Of a stretch of 64,000 nucleotides of DNA, positions 19,550 to 29,449 are shown one piece after another. The notes under the pieces are model-generated. The model was given only the letters and a program-made list of their open reading frames with translations, was not told the origin of the DNA and did not search any database. The DNA comes from a virus (taxonomy: Duplodnaviria; Caudoviricetes). The stretch lies in IMG/VR virus record IMGVR_UViG_3300028797_000014, positions 1,951 to 65,950 of that record. One strand, 5' to 3'. The first letter of the stretch is position 1; every line of letters starts with the position of its first letter. The translations under genes were made by a program, and so were the position numbers.

Positions 19550-20575
19550 CTATCTGAACAGGTTCTTATATTCATCTATATGATTGTCTAACCAGTAATT
19601 CTGTAACATATCATATTGATGCTGAAGTATCTCGCCGTAGTGCTTCTTGGCACGGTCCACGATATATTCGATACCTTGGTAAGTAGAGTTTACCGGAATC
19701 TTCTGGTATTCGTGAGCCAGTTCGCTATACGGAGAACCAGGGAAATCAGACACAAGGCATACTCTTCCAACGGCTGCACATTCAAGAAGCTTTAACGGAG
19801 ATTTACATTTGTTAAAGATGTTATCCGTTAACGGAGCGATTACGAACTTACATTGTCTTGCAGCTGAATAGAACTGTCTAGGATACATGGTCATCGGCAC
19901 GCCAGGGAACACATGGATTGGATTCAAGAAGAATGGCGAACAGCCCATAGTCGCTACCTTCTTATTCTGTAAATAGCGAACTAATCCAGGAGTGAAATCG
20001 CCATAGGATTTAGTAGACTGGTTGAAATGGGTGTTAGAACCGGCGAAGAGGAAGATGTCATCCTGGGGGATAGTCGTAGCCCTGTCGAAGAGCCAGTCTG
20101 TAGTAGCGAGCCTGTTCGGCATCACCACGATACGGTCCTTGTCCATGAACTGCGCCAATGATTCCTTGAGGAACTCAGTAGAAACCAGGGCGGTATCGAT
20201 TGTATCGTTCGCGTATTTCTCGAGGGCCTTGGTATTCTCGTCGCAGTTTACCCTGGACTTGCACCAGTTATAGTCGGGAAGTCCTTCTCCCTTGTAGTTC
20301 CAGATTAGGTCGTCGTAGTCTACCACGATCTTGGTTCCGAGCTGTTTCTTGATTTCATGCATTGGTCCGAGCGAACGTTCAGAACACAGGCGTTGCGTGA
20401 AGATATATTCCTGTCCGAGGTGCCTGAAATGGACAGGCGAAGACAGCGTGACGTCCATACCGGCCATCTGCATGAAATGCGCTGGCCTCATCACCCTGTA
20501 GTAACCGCAGGCGGAAGTATCTCCCGGTACGGCCATGATTACTGGTTTACGTTCTTCTTCTTTGTTCTCATTCAT
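19550..20575 (-). CDS. Phage glycosyltransferase (GT-B-like), paralog of 37595..38716
   Basis: ACGYYRV..P, VVDYDDLIW and FNKCKSPLKLLECAAVG motifs. Confidence 0.75.
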   Translation of the reverse strand: MNENKEEERKPVIMAVPGDTSACGYYRVMRPAHFMQMAGMDVTLSSPVHFRHLGQEYIFTQRLCSERSLGPMHEIKKQLGTKIVVDYDDLIWNYKGEGLPDYNWCKSRVNCDENTKALEKYANDTIDTALVSTEFLKESLAQFMDKDRIVVMPNRLATTDWLFDRATTIPQDDIFLFAGSNTHFNQSTKSYGDFTPGLVRYLQNKKVATMGCSPFFLNPIHVFPGVPMTMYPRQFYSAARQCKFVIAPLTDNIFNKCKSPLKLLECAAVGRVCLVSDFPGSPYSELAHEYQKIPVNSTYQGIEYIVDRAKKHYGEILQHQYDMLQNYWLDNHIDEYKNLFR

Positions 20576-21056
20576 GATTTACATTCCTTATCTTGTGATC
20601 GTTAATTGAGTCGAAATATTCGTGCAGTTCTTCCATGCAGTGTTTCATGATGGCGTCCTGCTTCTTCCTGTCCCTCTCCCTGTTCGTATATACGTGGCAG
20701 AAAGCCGTGTAGCATATCCTGTAGGCGTAACTGTATATCGACGAGCCCTTCGATACGTCGAACGACGGAAGGCCCGTACAGAGCTCGTATACGGCCTGGT
20801 CGCTCAGTTCCTCTCTCTCGTCCTTCGGTTTGCCCTTGAACTTGTCGTTCTCGAACACTATGTTGATTACCGTGTAGATGTAGACCGCGTACCTTCCGTT
20901 CTCCTCGTGGGAGAGGACCTTCTTGTCGTGCAGCTTCGAGACTATGTTCGTGAAGTCTTCCAGGTCAAGGTCATAATACTTGCAGTAATCCTTGTCCCCG
21001 TATGAGATTTCTGTCTTTCTCTTCCTCCCGGGGTCGTTCCATCTGAATAATGGCAT
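20568..21056 (-). CDS. Divergent T4 gp55-like late sigma factor (sigma-1)
   Basis: Sigma region 2-like ELSDQAVYELCTGLPSFDVSKGSSIYSYAYRICYTAF; 162 aa with no region 4. Confidence 0.7.
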   Translation of the reverse strand: MPLFRWNDPGRKRKTEISYGDKDYCKYYDLDLEDFTNIVSKLHDKKVLSHEENGRYAVYIYTVINIVFENDKFKGKPKDEREELSDQAVYELCTGLPSFDVSKGSSIYSYAYRICYTAFCHVYTNRERDRKKQDAIMKHCMEELHEYFDSINDHKIRNVNHE

Positions 21057-21074
21057 ATTAAGTCCTCCGTGTTA

Positions 21075-21082
21075 TATTTATA
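21075..21082 (-). promoter_or_regulatory. TATAAATA (module 2-type) upstream of sigma-1
   Basis: Minus strand reads TATAAATATAACACGGAGGACTTAATATG. Confidence 0.7.
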
Positions 21083-21191
21083 AACGTTTCGATTTGAAAC
21101 TCGCTGTTTCAATTTGAAGCATAAGTTAAATATAGTAAATGTTTATTTACATAACGCAGCTATAGAAATATTCCGGATTTCTTCATACGTT

Positions 21192-21201
21192 CTAATTATT
21201 A
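21192..21201 (+). promoter_or_regulatory. Module 1-type motif CTAATTATTA (tail fibre operon)
   Basis: Intergenic, before ATG 21247. Confidence 0.75.
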
Positions 21202-21246
21202 CGTAAGACATAGACCATACCGCTATGCTTAGGAGTTAAGAATTAT

Positions 21247-24200
21247 ATGGTTACAGGCGACGAAGAAATCAAGTGGGCCTACCTCATAGGTCCTTGTTTC
21301 CAATTAGAGAACACCGCAGGAAAGCCCCTCACCGGAGGCTACATCGAAGTTTACATAGCCGGTACTCGCGACAAGTATTACTGCGCGTCCGACTTCAACG
21401 GAACCCTCCACCCGTTCCAGATTCCCCTGGATTCGCTCGGTTCCAATATCGTTCTCGCTTCCCCCACCAACACTTACGACGTATACGTGTATAACAAGTT
21501 CGGTTCCCTCGTGATGAGCCGATACAACGTGATGTGTACGAACGGTTCCGCCGACATCTCGGTTACCGGTTTCACTTCCGTCATTTCCGATGGCACCCTC
21601 GACGTCTACGTTACGGGCAATTCCTTCATCATTTCCGCACAGGAACTCTGGGACGCGGTTTCCGGAATCGTCAACGACATCCAGTTCGTCTCCTCTACAC
21701 TCGAGACCGTATCAGGTTCGCTCGCAAACGATATCCAGAACGTCTCTTCTGCCCTCGACGATGTTTCTGGTATGCTGAGCGGCAAGAAGGACATACAGGT
21801 GCCCTACGGCGCGACAGGAAGCGCCATCCAGACCATTACCTCCATTACCCAGGACGAACAGGGTGTAATTCGCGTCCAGTATGGCGATATCGAGGCCCAG
21901 AACCCTCTTACTCCTGGCCAGTATGTTTCCATCGAGAACGACGTCATCACGGTCACCGGTCTCCAGCCGGAAGGCGACTATCTCGTATCCGGCGATTTGG
22001 AAGGTTACGCTACCGAACAGTTCGTTACGGCGTACGTAGAGGAACACGGCGGAAGCGACCAGGTTCAATCCGACTGGACCGAGACCGACACTTCCAGCAA
22101 GGCGTATATCCTCCATAAACCGCCCGAGAAACAGCTCGTGGCCGGTGCCAACGTATACCTTACCCCGACGGCAAGTTCTGTAATTATCAACGCCTACGGC
22201 GAATACCAGGCCGGTCAGAACATCAGTATCGACCCTGACTCCCATGCCATTTCCGTTACCGGTCTCCCGACTACGGAATTCGTTACCGGTTACGTAGAAT
22301 CCGCTATTTCCGGACTTACCGGCGCGGAGACCTACATCACTTCCAACGACGGAACGATTATAGTCAACCCGACCGTCGACGGACAGGTAACCTCGTTCGA
22401 CCTCAGCGTTTCGGGCGACGTGTTCGACAGCTGCCTCAAGGCTAACGGTCGTGACCAGTTCCTCAGTTCCTTCAACGACCTGCACTTCCAGGACCTCCAG
22501 TTCAAGAAGGGCGACGATATTTCCCTTAATTCCAGTGGCCAGGTGGTTATCAACAAGGAAGGCCGTTACTTCGTCTCCGTCAAGGGCGGATTCGCCAACA
22601 GGGCGCAGCGCAACGTGGACCTCACGGTCACCAGTACACTCGCCGATACGACCAAGAGATTCCAACTCGACCTAACTGTAACCGGTAACTACGATACCGG
22701 CGAAGGCGCCACGTATTTCGACAACTGCACGATAGTCAACGTCGTTTCCGCGCCGTATACTATACCCTGCAGGCTCACATACGACTATTCCACGTACGAT
22801 CCTTCCGTCGCCGTGTTCGACAAGCAGATTAACGTGTTCCGTATCGGTTCCGTAGGCGGTGACAGCCATGTCGTTCCTGTTACGGGCGCGACTTACGAAG
22901 CCGGTTGGGGAATCAATATCGTAGACGACGTCATTTCTGTGGACGCCAATATCATCCCTGACGTTTCCGGTATCGCGGAAGCCGCAGCGGCAGAGGCGAC
23001 TGAAGGACTCGCGAGTCTCTCCCAGGTTTCTTCTATCGTTCAGCAGGCCACTTACAACTTCGTTACCGAACCCTACGTGACGAGTTACGTCAGCACGCAG
23101 ATTGACAACGCGAAGGAAATCTACACTGTCTACTGGAACGTGTCCACTCTCGCGGAGATTATCCAGGCTTCCGTTCTCGACGCCAAGAAGGTATATCTCG
23201 GAGTATCCCACGTAACGGACGGTTGGACCGATATCCATTATGAAGTTCCTCTGACGAGACTCGTAACCCCGGGCCAGACGGTTTCCGAATGGTATGCCGA
23301 GTTCGTCGTGCCGTATACGGCCGCCGACAATTCTCCGAAGGGGGTCGTGTTCAAGGTCGACGCTACCAATACGTGGTCCAAGTATGAATTCGGTCAGGTA
23401 CAGGCTGACTGGTCCGTAACCGCTACGGACTCGGTGAGCTATATCCAGAACAAACCGGATCTCAGCGGCTTCGTTGATGAATCCTATGTCACAGGATACG
23501 TAGAATCTCAAGTTTCCTCTCTCGCAACCGAATCCTATGTAACCGCCTATGTCGACAGCCACGTTACGGGAGGTATTTCCCAGGTCTATGTAACCGGATG
23601 CGTTACCGGCAACGGTACAGAGAGTTCCCCGCTCGCCATCAATTATGACGATACTCTTCGTATCAATTCTATTTCGGATAATGTATTACCGATGTATAAC
23701 AACTATCCTCTCATTGAGGCTGATTCTGAACTCGCCTACTATTTGAGAACTGGTAATACATATCATACAGTGACGTTCACGTTCAGCGGTTTCACACCGT
23801 CTGCTTCCAGCAGGACTATCGTAGTTAACTTCGAAATGCTTAACAGCGAAGAATATACTTGGCTCGGCGGATACAGAGTTACGCTCGCTGCAAACGCTAC
23901 TTCCATGTCGGTACAAATCAACATGAGCAGTGCGCCCGATCTCTATAATGAGTTCGATCCTGCACACAGCTGGATTGCTACTCTTAACGTGGACAATGAA
24001 ACCTGGGATTCGATTTACTGCACAGAATGTACACATAACGCCCCTGTTGATACTACTGATTTCCTCTCCGTTAAGAACCCTCTACCAACTGCTGTTTCTG
24101 GCGATAATGGTAAGGTTCTCGGCGTTACAGATACGTCAGGTAGTATTGGATGGGTAGAAGCCGGTGGCGGTACCGAATACACTGCCGGTAACTACATCGA

Positions 24201-24687
24201 TATCACAAACGACGTAATCTCCGTTACTGGTCTTCAACCTGCCGGCGACTATCTCGTATCTGGTGATTTAGAGGGTTATGCTACAGATGAGTCCGTTACT
24301 GCCTATGTGGAATCCCAAGTTTCTGGTCTCGCTCCTCAGGTACAGTCCGACTGGTCTGTTACGGCGACTGACGCCGTTGACTACATCAAGAACAAGCCTG
24401 AAATCGTAGAGATGGATATCCTCCCTGTATCTGCCGGCCAGGGTATCGCAATCGACAACGTTTCCGGTACGATTTACATCTCCAATACGGTTACGGAAGA
24501 CTTCGTTACCGGTTATGTGGAATCTCAGGTTTCCGGTATCCCGACGTATTCCGCCGGCAACTGTATCAGTCTGGCTAGCGATATCGTTGCATGGACGACC
24601 ACTGCCGGTATCACGGATATCGTTTCCGTTGCCGCTTTGCCTGCAAGCCCGGTATCCTCTGTTATCTACCTTATTCCGGAGGCATAA
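21247..24687 (+). CDS. Long tail fibre/appendage protein with internal repeats
   Basis: Head-binding-type N-terminus; repeated Y.AG..I.I.NDVISVTG, GDYLVSGDLEGYAT, QSDW.....YI.NKP and E..VT.YVES motifs. Confidence 0.75.
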   Translation: MVTGDEEIKWAYLIGPCFQLENTAGKPLTGGYIEVYIAGTRDKYYCASDFNGTLHPFQIPLDSLGSNIVLASPTNTYDVYVYNKFGSLVMSRYNVMCTNGSADISVTGFTSVISDGTLDVYVTGNSFIISAQELWDAVSGIVNDIQFVSSTLETVSGSLANDIQNVSSALDDVSGMLSGKKDIQVPYGATGSAIQTITSITQDEQGVIRVQYGDIEAQNPLTPGQYVSIENDVITVTGLQPEGDYLVSGDLEGYATEQFVTAYVEEHGGSDQVQSDWTETDTSSKAYILHKPPEKQLVAGANVYLTPTASSVIINAYGEYQAGQNISIDPDSHAISVTGLPTTEFVTGYVESAISGLTGAETYITSNDGTIIVNPTVDGQVTSFDLSVSGDVFDSCLKANGRDQFLSSFNDLHFQDLQFKKGDDISLNSSGQVVINKEGRYFVSVKGGFANRAQRNVDLTVTSTLADTTKRFQLDLTVTGNYDTGEGATYFDNCTIVNVVSAPYTIPCRLTYDYSTYDPSVAVFDKQINVFRIGSVGGDSHVVPVTGATYEAGWGINIVDDVISVDANIIPDVSGIAEAAAAEATEGLASLSQVSSIVQQATYNFVTEPYVTSYVSTQIDNAKEIYTVYWNVSTLAEIIQASVLDAKKVYLGVSHVTDGWTDIHYEVPLTRLVTPGQTVSEWYAEFVVPYTAADNSPKGVVFKVDATNTWSKYEFGQVQADWSVTATDSVSYIQNKPDLSGFVDESYVTGYVESQVSSLATESYVTAYVDSHVTGGISQVYVTGCVTGNGTESSPLAINYDDTLRINSISDNVLPMYNNYPLIEADSELAYYLRTGNTYHTVTFTFSGFTPSASSRTIVVNFEMLNSEEYTWLGGYRVTLAANATSMSVQINMSSAPDLYNEFDPAHSWIATLNVDNETWDSIYCTECTHNAPVDTTDFLSVKNPLPTAVSGDNGKVLGVTDTSGSIGWVEAGGGTEYTAGNYIDITNDVISVTGLQPAGDYLVSGDLEGYATDESVTAYVESQVSGLAPQVQSDWSVTATDAVDYIKNKPEIVEMDILPVSAGQGIAIDNVSGTIYISNTVTEDFVTGYVESQVSGIPTYSAGNCISLASDIVAWTTTAGITDIVSVAALPASPVSSVIYLIPEA

Positions 24688-25871
24688 TGTCCTTATATTT
24701 GGGAAATACAAAGCTCGGACAAATTTATCTCGGTTCCACAAGGATATCGGAGATGTATCTCGGTTCGACGAAGATATTCTCAGCGGCACCGGTTCAGTAT
24801 CCTTACCTGCTTATGGAATTCAATTCCGGGTATACGCCGACTACCAGCATTCTGCATAGTGTGTATAGATCCATCTGCGAATGGGTACAGGTGACGTCGA
24901 GCCCCAACGTATGGAAGCTGGAGATTCACAACTGGGGACAGCCTCAGGAACAGATGGGCTGGGGGATACCGGTGCTCTTCTGCAGTAATACCGACGGTTC
25001 CACCAGTTATCTGTCAAACGTGCCGTGTAAGCTTGCCGGAGGCGATTTATCCATACCTATCGGCGGTTATTACTGCCAGTCTATGGACCGTACGTTCTCT
25101 AATGCTACGGGACTTACAGAAATCAGCGACATTATACAGTGTACTACCCTGATTAATGTCAACGGTACTTTCAGCGGCTGCACGAACTGTGCTTCCGGCC
25201 AGTATGACATGTACGACTATTTAAGCACGTATAATCTGGGGATAACAAACCATTCGGGCACGTTTACCGATTGCGGTTCCGATACCCAGACGGGTCTGGA
25301 CGAACTGGACCAGATTCCTACCGGATGGGGCGGCAATATGGCTCCTCCTGCTTCCTATATAACTGGTACCAGGACGAGAATTTATTCGAATTACGACGCG
25401 TGGAATTTAGGCAATACACATTCGGATATCTTTGAGAACCCGTACGGTATGTCCCTCTTCACGCAGGTCTCCGTATCTACATACGCAGGCGTGTCTATGA
25501 ACAGGTCCCGTATAAAGGCGATAAACGGACTCGGTACTACCAAGGGGACTTATTCGCTGTATTTCTACCCGTGTTTCGCCCAGTTTAACGGCACAGGTTC
25601 GTCATCTACGATAAAGTGGTGCTATACGACTACGGGCTACAACGGCATGCTTACTATCAATCAGGGCAATACGGACATGCCTGGTACGCTCGACTACAGC
25701 ACGTACGGCACGTTCGCGAATGAATTTGGTTCATACAACTCGAGTGATAACGTATACTTCATATTCCTGGTCACGAACGTTCCGATAGACCAATGGAGTG
25801 GTCTCAGCGACGCTTACGGCGTACTGTACAACGGTAACTTCAGGGATACGGACTTCTGGTATTTATTCTAA
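24687..25871 (+). CDS. Tail-associated protein with DUF285/BspA-like segment
   Basis: Start ATG 24687 (MSLYLG...); shares F..CG..T..G..EL.QIP..W motif. Confidence 0.6.
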   Translation: MSLYLGNTKLGQIYLGSTRISEMYLGSTKIFSAAPVQYPYLLMEFNSGYTPTTSILHSVYRSICEWVQVTSSPNVWKLEIHNWGQPQEQMGWGIPVLFCSNTDGSTSYLSNVPCKLAGGDLSIPIGGYYCQSMDRTFSNATGLTEISDIIQCTTLINVNGTFSGCTNCASGQYDMYDYLSTYNLGITNHSGTFTDCGSDTQTGLDELDQIPTGWGGNMAPPASYITGTRTRIYSNYDAWNLGNTHSDIFENPYGMSLFTQVSVSTYAGVSMNRSRIKAINGLGTTKGTYSLYFYPCFAQFNGTGSSSTIKWCYTTTGYNGMLTINQGNTDMPGTLDYSTYGTFANEFGSYNSSDNVYFIFLVTNVPIDQWSGLSDAYGVLYNGNFRDTDFWYLF

Positions 25872-25876
25872 CAGGG

Positions 25877-25886
25877 CTAATTATTA
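25877..25886 (+). promoter_or_regulatory. Module 1-type motif CTAATTATTA
   Basis: CTAATTATTAGG 9 nt before ATG 25896. Confidence 0.75.
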
Positions 25887-25895
25887 GGTAGAAAT

Positions 25896-26714
25896 ATGAT
25901 AACATACGGAAGCGACATTGTTACCGACAACAGCGGGTTCTGGCTCCAGAACTCCATCGGTACCTCTTTACCCGCTGGCGTTCTCAGGTTCAAGTTCGAC
26001 GAGCCGTGGAATCCAGCCGATCAGTTCCCTAACTACACGTGGGTATGCGTGGACATGTATAACGGCGTATGGGACTGTGTCGGTATATCCGGCAATGTCG
26101 ACGGGTATTTCCAGTCACTCGGAAATTCTTACGTGAAGTTCATGGTAATCGACGGCAACCTGGACGGCGTCACCAGCATGGACAGGATATTCATGGACGT
26201 AAGGGACAAGATGACTTACGCATGCATACCCAACATACCTGACGTTACGTCGATGACGAACGCGTTCATGGATACCGGCGTAAGCTACCTTTACATGGGA
26301 GGTCTCGAGAGCTTAACATCGATGACCAGCCTGATAAACAACAGTACGGTACCGGGAGGCACTCTCGTGTTAGAAGGCACTTCCTCTCTGACGTCCATCG
26401 AGAACGCGTTCCAGTACAGCAATTTCGGCAGTTTCTATATCAGCGATACTTCCAATCTCGTCAATATCGACGCCGCATGGGCCGGTTGCGGGTACCTGAC
26501 CGTGATACCTACGATAGACGTTACGAACGTTACCTCCATGTCGGAGACGTTCCAGAACTGCATTAACGTAAACAGCGGCATAACAGACCTGTACAACAGG
26601 GCTTCGACAAAGGAAATACCGGTAATATACCATAGCGGTACGTTCCTTCACTGCGGTGAGAACAGTCCTACGGGTTCGATAGAACTCGCCCAGATACCTT
26701 CGGACTGGAAATAA
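25896..26714 (+). CDS. DUF285/BspA-like surface-repeat protein
   Basis: VTSMDRIF, VTSMTNAF and NVTSMSETF repeats. Confidence 0.7.
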   Translation: MITYGSDIVTDNSGFWLQNSIGTSLPAGVLRFKFDEPWNPADQFPNYTWVCVDMYNGVWDCVGISGNVDGYFQSLGNSYVKFMVIDGNLDGVTSMDRIFMDVRDKMTYACIPNIPDVTSMTNAFMDTGVSYLYMGGLESLTSMTSLINNSTVPGGTLVLEGTSSLTSIENAFQYSNFGSFYISDTSNLVNIDAAWAGCGYLTVIPTIDVTNVTSMSETFQNCINVNSGITDLYNRASTKEIPVIYHSGTFLHCGENSPTGSIELAQIPSDWK

Positions 26715-26726
26715 CAAGGAGTTTAT

Positions 26727-27539
26727 ATGAAGAACAATACAATCGTCACCAACATGACACAGAACTTCACCGACGCCGAGAAGAAGCAGGCGCGTTCCAA
26801 CGCCGAGGCTTCCAAGGTCAGGATTCTCACGGGCGGAAGCAGCCAGGGCCCTACTTACGCCACTGCCGATACCCTCACACTCTCCAACTCGTCGAACACT
26901 ATTTCCGCCGATACGGGGAGCGGTAGCAATATCTATACCGGTACGGTGCCTATTCCGGGCAGCGGCGACGCCGGCAAGGCCCTAATCGTGTCCGATAACC
27001 TCGGCAATTACACCTGGGCTAACCAGAAGAGCTATACCGCCGGGAACAACATCTCCATCTCTGGCACTACCATATCGGCTCCTAACGTCGTCAAGCACGA
27101 CCCGTTATGGTTCCATCTCGACGCCGCCGGACAGGCAGGACAGGATAACCCCTATACGGGCGAAGTAAATCTCGCCGGGGGCGACCTCACGTTCAAGCTA
27201 GAGTTCTACAAGAGAAGTTCCACGACCCATTCCAACCTCATCGACTTCTATCTGAAGAACAACAACCCAGGCGACATGTGGTTCGACATCACGTACATGA
27301 CCGCCGATGACGCCACGTTCTCCGGCTACTTCACCTACACAGGCAATACCACCAACTACGTGTCGTTCCAGTCGGACGTCACTGGCGGCGCCGGCGTATG
27401 GTTCCCAGAGGCGGAGAACCCGGCCTACAGTTCCATGGAGATCAACGTCTGGTATTCTAAGAACAATATATTCAAATACTGCCACTTCAACTGTACCAGG
27501 AAACACTACGTCATGGTGAGCAGCTACTACTACGCATAA
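26727..27539 (+). CDS. Tail-associated beta-rich protein
   Basis: FTDAEKKQARSN start and YTAGNNISISG repeat shared with fibre proteins. Confidence 0.55.
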   Translation: MKNNTIVTNMTQNFTDAEKKQARSNAEASKVRILTGGSSQGPTYATADTLTLSNSSNTISADTGSGSNIYTGTVPIPGSGDAGKALIVSDNLGNYTWANQKSYTAGNNISISGTTISAPNVVKHDPLWFHLDAAGQAGQDNPYTGEVNLAGGDLTFKLEFYKRSSTTHSNLIDFYLKNNNPGDMWFDITYMTADDATFSGYFTYTGNTTNYVSFQSDVTGGAGVWFPEAENPAYSSMEINVWYSKNNIFKYCHFNCTRKHYVMVSSYYYA

Positions 27540-27548
27540 GGAGGAAGC

Positions 27549-28247
27549 ATGGCTACACTATTCACATACGGAAACAAGCTAATGAGCTTCGGGAACAACA
27601 CGTTCCTGGGTATAGGCGAACCGGCGCCCGTTCCTCCAGAACCGGAACCGATAGACTGCGTTACCCTCGGAACGCTGAAATGGGCATCGAGCAACCTTGC
27701 TGTACAGCTGGATTCCTCGATGTGCTCCGCTTACGACAACGTTACGAACAACGGCGTCAACATGGGCAAGCAGTATTACTACAACGTCAACAGCATTTCC
27801 ACCCTCAACTCGCTCTATACAGGGTGGAGGGTCCCTACTTACGACGACTGGATTAACCTCATGGCATACTGCGCCTATACCTATGCGGGTTACCATTATG
27901 AGGGAGGCAGTTACATAGATACGCCTTACGGCAAGTTCTACCCTCCTGTGACAATCGACTCTTCGACCAAGGGTTACAACTACGGCAGCATGTTAAAGAC
28001 CACTGGTATCGTATGGCCGACCTCGAGCTCCGGCAATACGAACGATTCTGGTTTCAGCGCGTTACCTACCGGCGAATGCTGGTCGGGCGGCACCGATAAC
28101 GTAGGTACGGCGTGGTACCTGATGAACGACAGTACGTACGGCGTATTCTGGATAGGCGATACAATCTACGACAATAATACAAGGTTAATGAATTACCAGT
28201 ACATGAGCACCGACAGTTTCACCGTAAGGCTCGTAAAGGACGTGTAA
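27549..28247 (+). CDS. Fibrobacter succinogenes major paralogous (FISUMP) domain protein
   Basis: LG...W...NL, GWRVPT..DW..L, G..LK...W, ..SGFSALP.G and C-terminal VRLVKD motifs. Confidence 0.8.
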   Translation: MATLFTYGNKLMSFGNNTFLGIGEPAPVPPEPEPIDCVTLGTLKWASSNLAVQLDSSMCSAYDNVTNNGVNMGKQYYYNVNSISTLNSLYTGWRVPTYDDWINLMAYCAYTYAGYHYEGGSYIDTPYGKFYPPVTIDSSTKGYNYGSMLKTTGIVWPTSSSGNTNDSGFSALPTGECWSGGTDNVGTAWYLMNDSTYGVFWIGDTIYDNNTRLMNYQYMSTDSFTVRLVKDV

Positions 28248-28248
28248 T

Positions 28249-28566
28249 ATGGAAGAAGTAATAAATGCCTTGGTAGGCAACATGCCGGCGTGGGGAGTAC
28301 CTATCGTACTCTGCTTCGTATTCTATTTCAAGATAAAGTCCGAGAGGAAGGACACAGCGTCCAGGCGAGACACCGACAGCCTCGAGATCCACGACAGTCT
28401 ACAGAAGCACACGTGGGAAATATCCAGGCTGAAGGACGACATGGCCCTCCACAACACGTTGATGGAGGACATAAGGACGACGGTGGACGCCCTCAACGTA
28501 TCCACGGCCAAGCTGTCCGTCACAGTGGACAACCTCAACAACGTGATAAGGGAGATGAAGAAATGA
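28249..28566 (+). CDS. Single-TM plus coiled-coil protein, putative holin (paralog of 47896..48153)
   Basis: One N-terminal hydrophobic segment followed by a heptad pattern. Confidence 0.5.
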   Translation: MEEVINALVGNMPAWGVPIVLCFVFYFKIKSERKDTASRRDTDSLEIHDSLQKHTWEISRLKDDMALHNTLMEDIRTTVDALNVSTAKLSVTVDNLNNVIREMKK

Positions 28567-28670
28567 CGGAGGCGTTCATTCACGGACTCGTCTGCGTCCT
28601 CTTCGTCGTCGGAATACTTCTCTTAGGTTACCTATTGTTCGACGAGGACGACTGGGAGGGGAGGAGATGA
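28563..28670 (+). CDS. Small membrane peptide, 35 aa
   Basis: MTEAFIHGLVCVLFVVGILLLGYLLFDEDDWEGRR; ATGA overlaps at both ends. Confidence 0.55.
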   Translation: MTEAFIHGLVCVLFVVGILLLGYLLFDEDDWEGRR

Positions 28671-29092
28671 ACATAATCGGTTATTCTCCTACGTGCCGTT
28701 ACCACAAGGTCAACGGCCTTTACGTACTGGACGAGGACGTCTGGATAGACTTTGTTCTGAACGGCGTAAAGTTCAGGATAAGGGTGGACAGGGGAGGTAT
28801 GACTGACGGTCTCTCCGTGCCAAGGATATTCAGGTGGTACCTTCCCGACTGGGACGATTCCAATCCGCTCTACAACATTTCCGGTATATGCCACGACGGA
28901 TGTTACGGTTCCGAGGTAGTATGCAAGGACATGGCCGACGAGCTATTCTACAGTGGGCTCGTGCTCGCGAATATAAAGCCCTCCAAGGCCAGGGTGGCAC
29001 GCTGGGCTGTAGAGAACCTGGCCGGTCTCCATTACGGCTCCAAACACGACGATTTCGGTATTTCCGAATATGTCTCCCTCTCCACGCTGTAA
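28667..29092 (+). CDS. DUF1353-domain protein
   Basis: GGMTDGLSVPR.F.W, ICHD..Y and ADELF motifs. Confidence 0.8.
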   Translation: MNIIGYSPTCRYHKVNGLYVLDEDVWIDFVLNGVKFRIRVDRGGMTDGLSVPRIFRWYLPDWDDSNPLYNISGICHDGCYGSEVVCKDMADELFYSGLVLANIKPSKARVARWAVENLAGLHYGSKHDDFGISEYVSLSTL

Positions 29093-29121
29093 CTATTTAT
29101 TACTTCACGACGAGGAGTAAT

Positions 29122-29394
29122 ATGGAAACGTGCGACAACTGCGGCCCGGAATGCGGCCATCTCGAAGAATGCCTAGAATCGCGTTATGAGGCGATGTTGA
29201 GGCGGTGCAATATAGATATACCCCCTAAGCAAGAAACGAGCCCAGAGGCGCCTCTAAACGCGAAAGAACAAGGTATAGGGGAAGGAATAGGGTTCCAACG
29301 ACTCAGACGTATAACCGGCTACCTGGTAGGCGACGTATCTAGGTGGAACGACGGTAAATTTGCGGAATTGAAGGACCGCGTAAATCATGGATAA
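29122..29394 (+). CDS. Stand-alone NrdD C-terminal-like (glycyl radical) peptide
   Basis: RBS GAGGAG; GEGIGFQRLRRITGYLVGDVSRWNDGKFAELKDRVNHG plus a Cys-rich N-terminus. Confidence 0.7.
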   Translation: METCDNCGPECGHLEECLESRYEAMLRRCNIDIPPKQETSPEAPLNAKEQGIGEGIGFQRLRRITGYLVGDVSRWNDGKFAELKDRVNHG

Positions 29395-29398
29395 AGGA

Positions 29399-29428
29399 AA
29401 TGCCGTAGAGAGTAATCCCTACGGCATT
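29399..29428. terminator. Terminator hairpin at the right end of module 1
   Basis: AATGCCGTAG-N10-CTACGGCATT between convergent genes. Confidence 0.7.
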
Positions 29429-29449
29429 GTTATAACGTGCAAATGAAAT

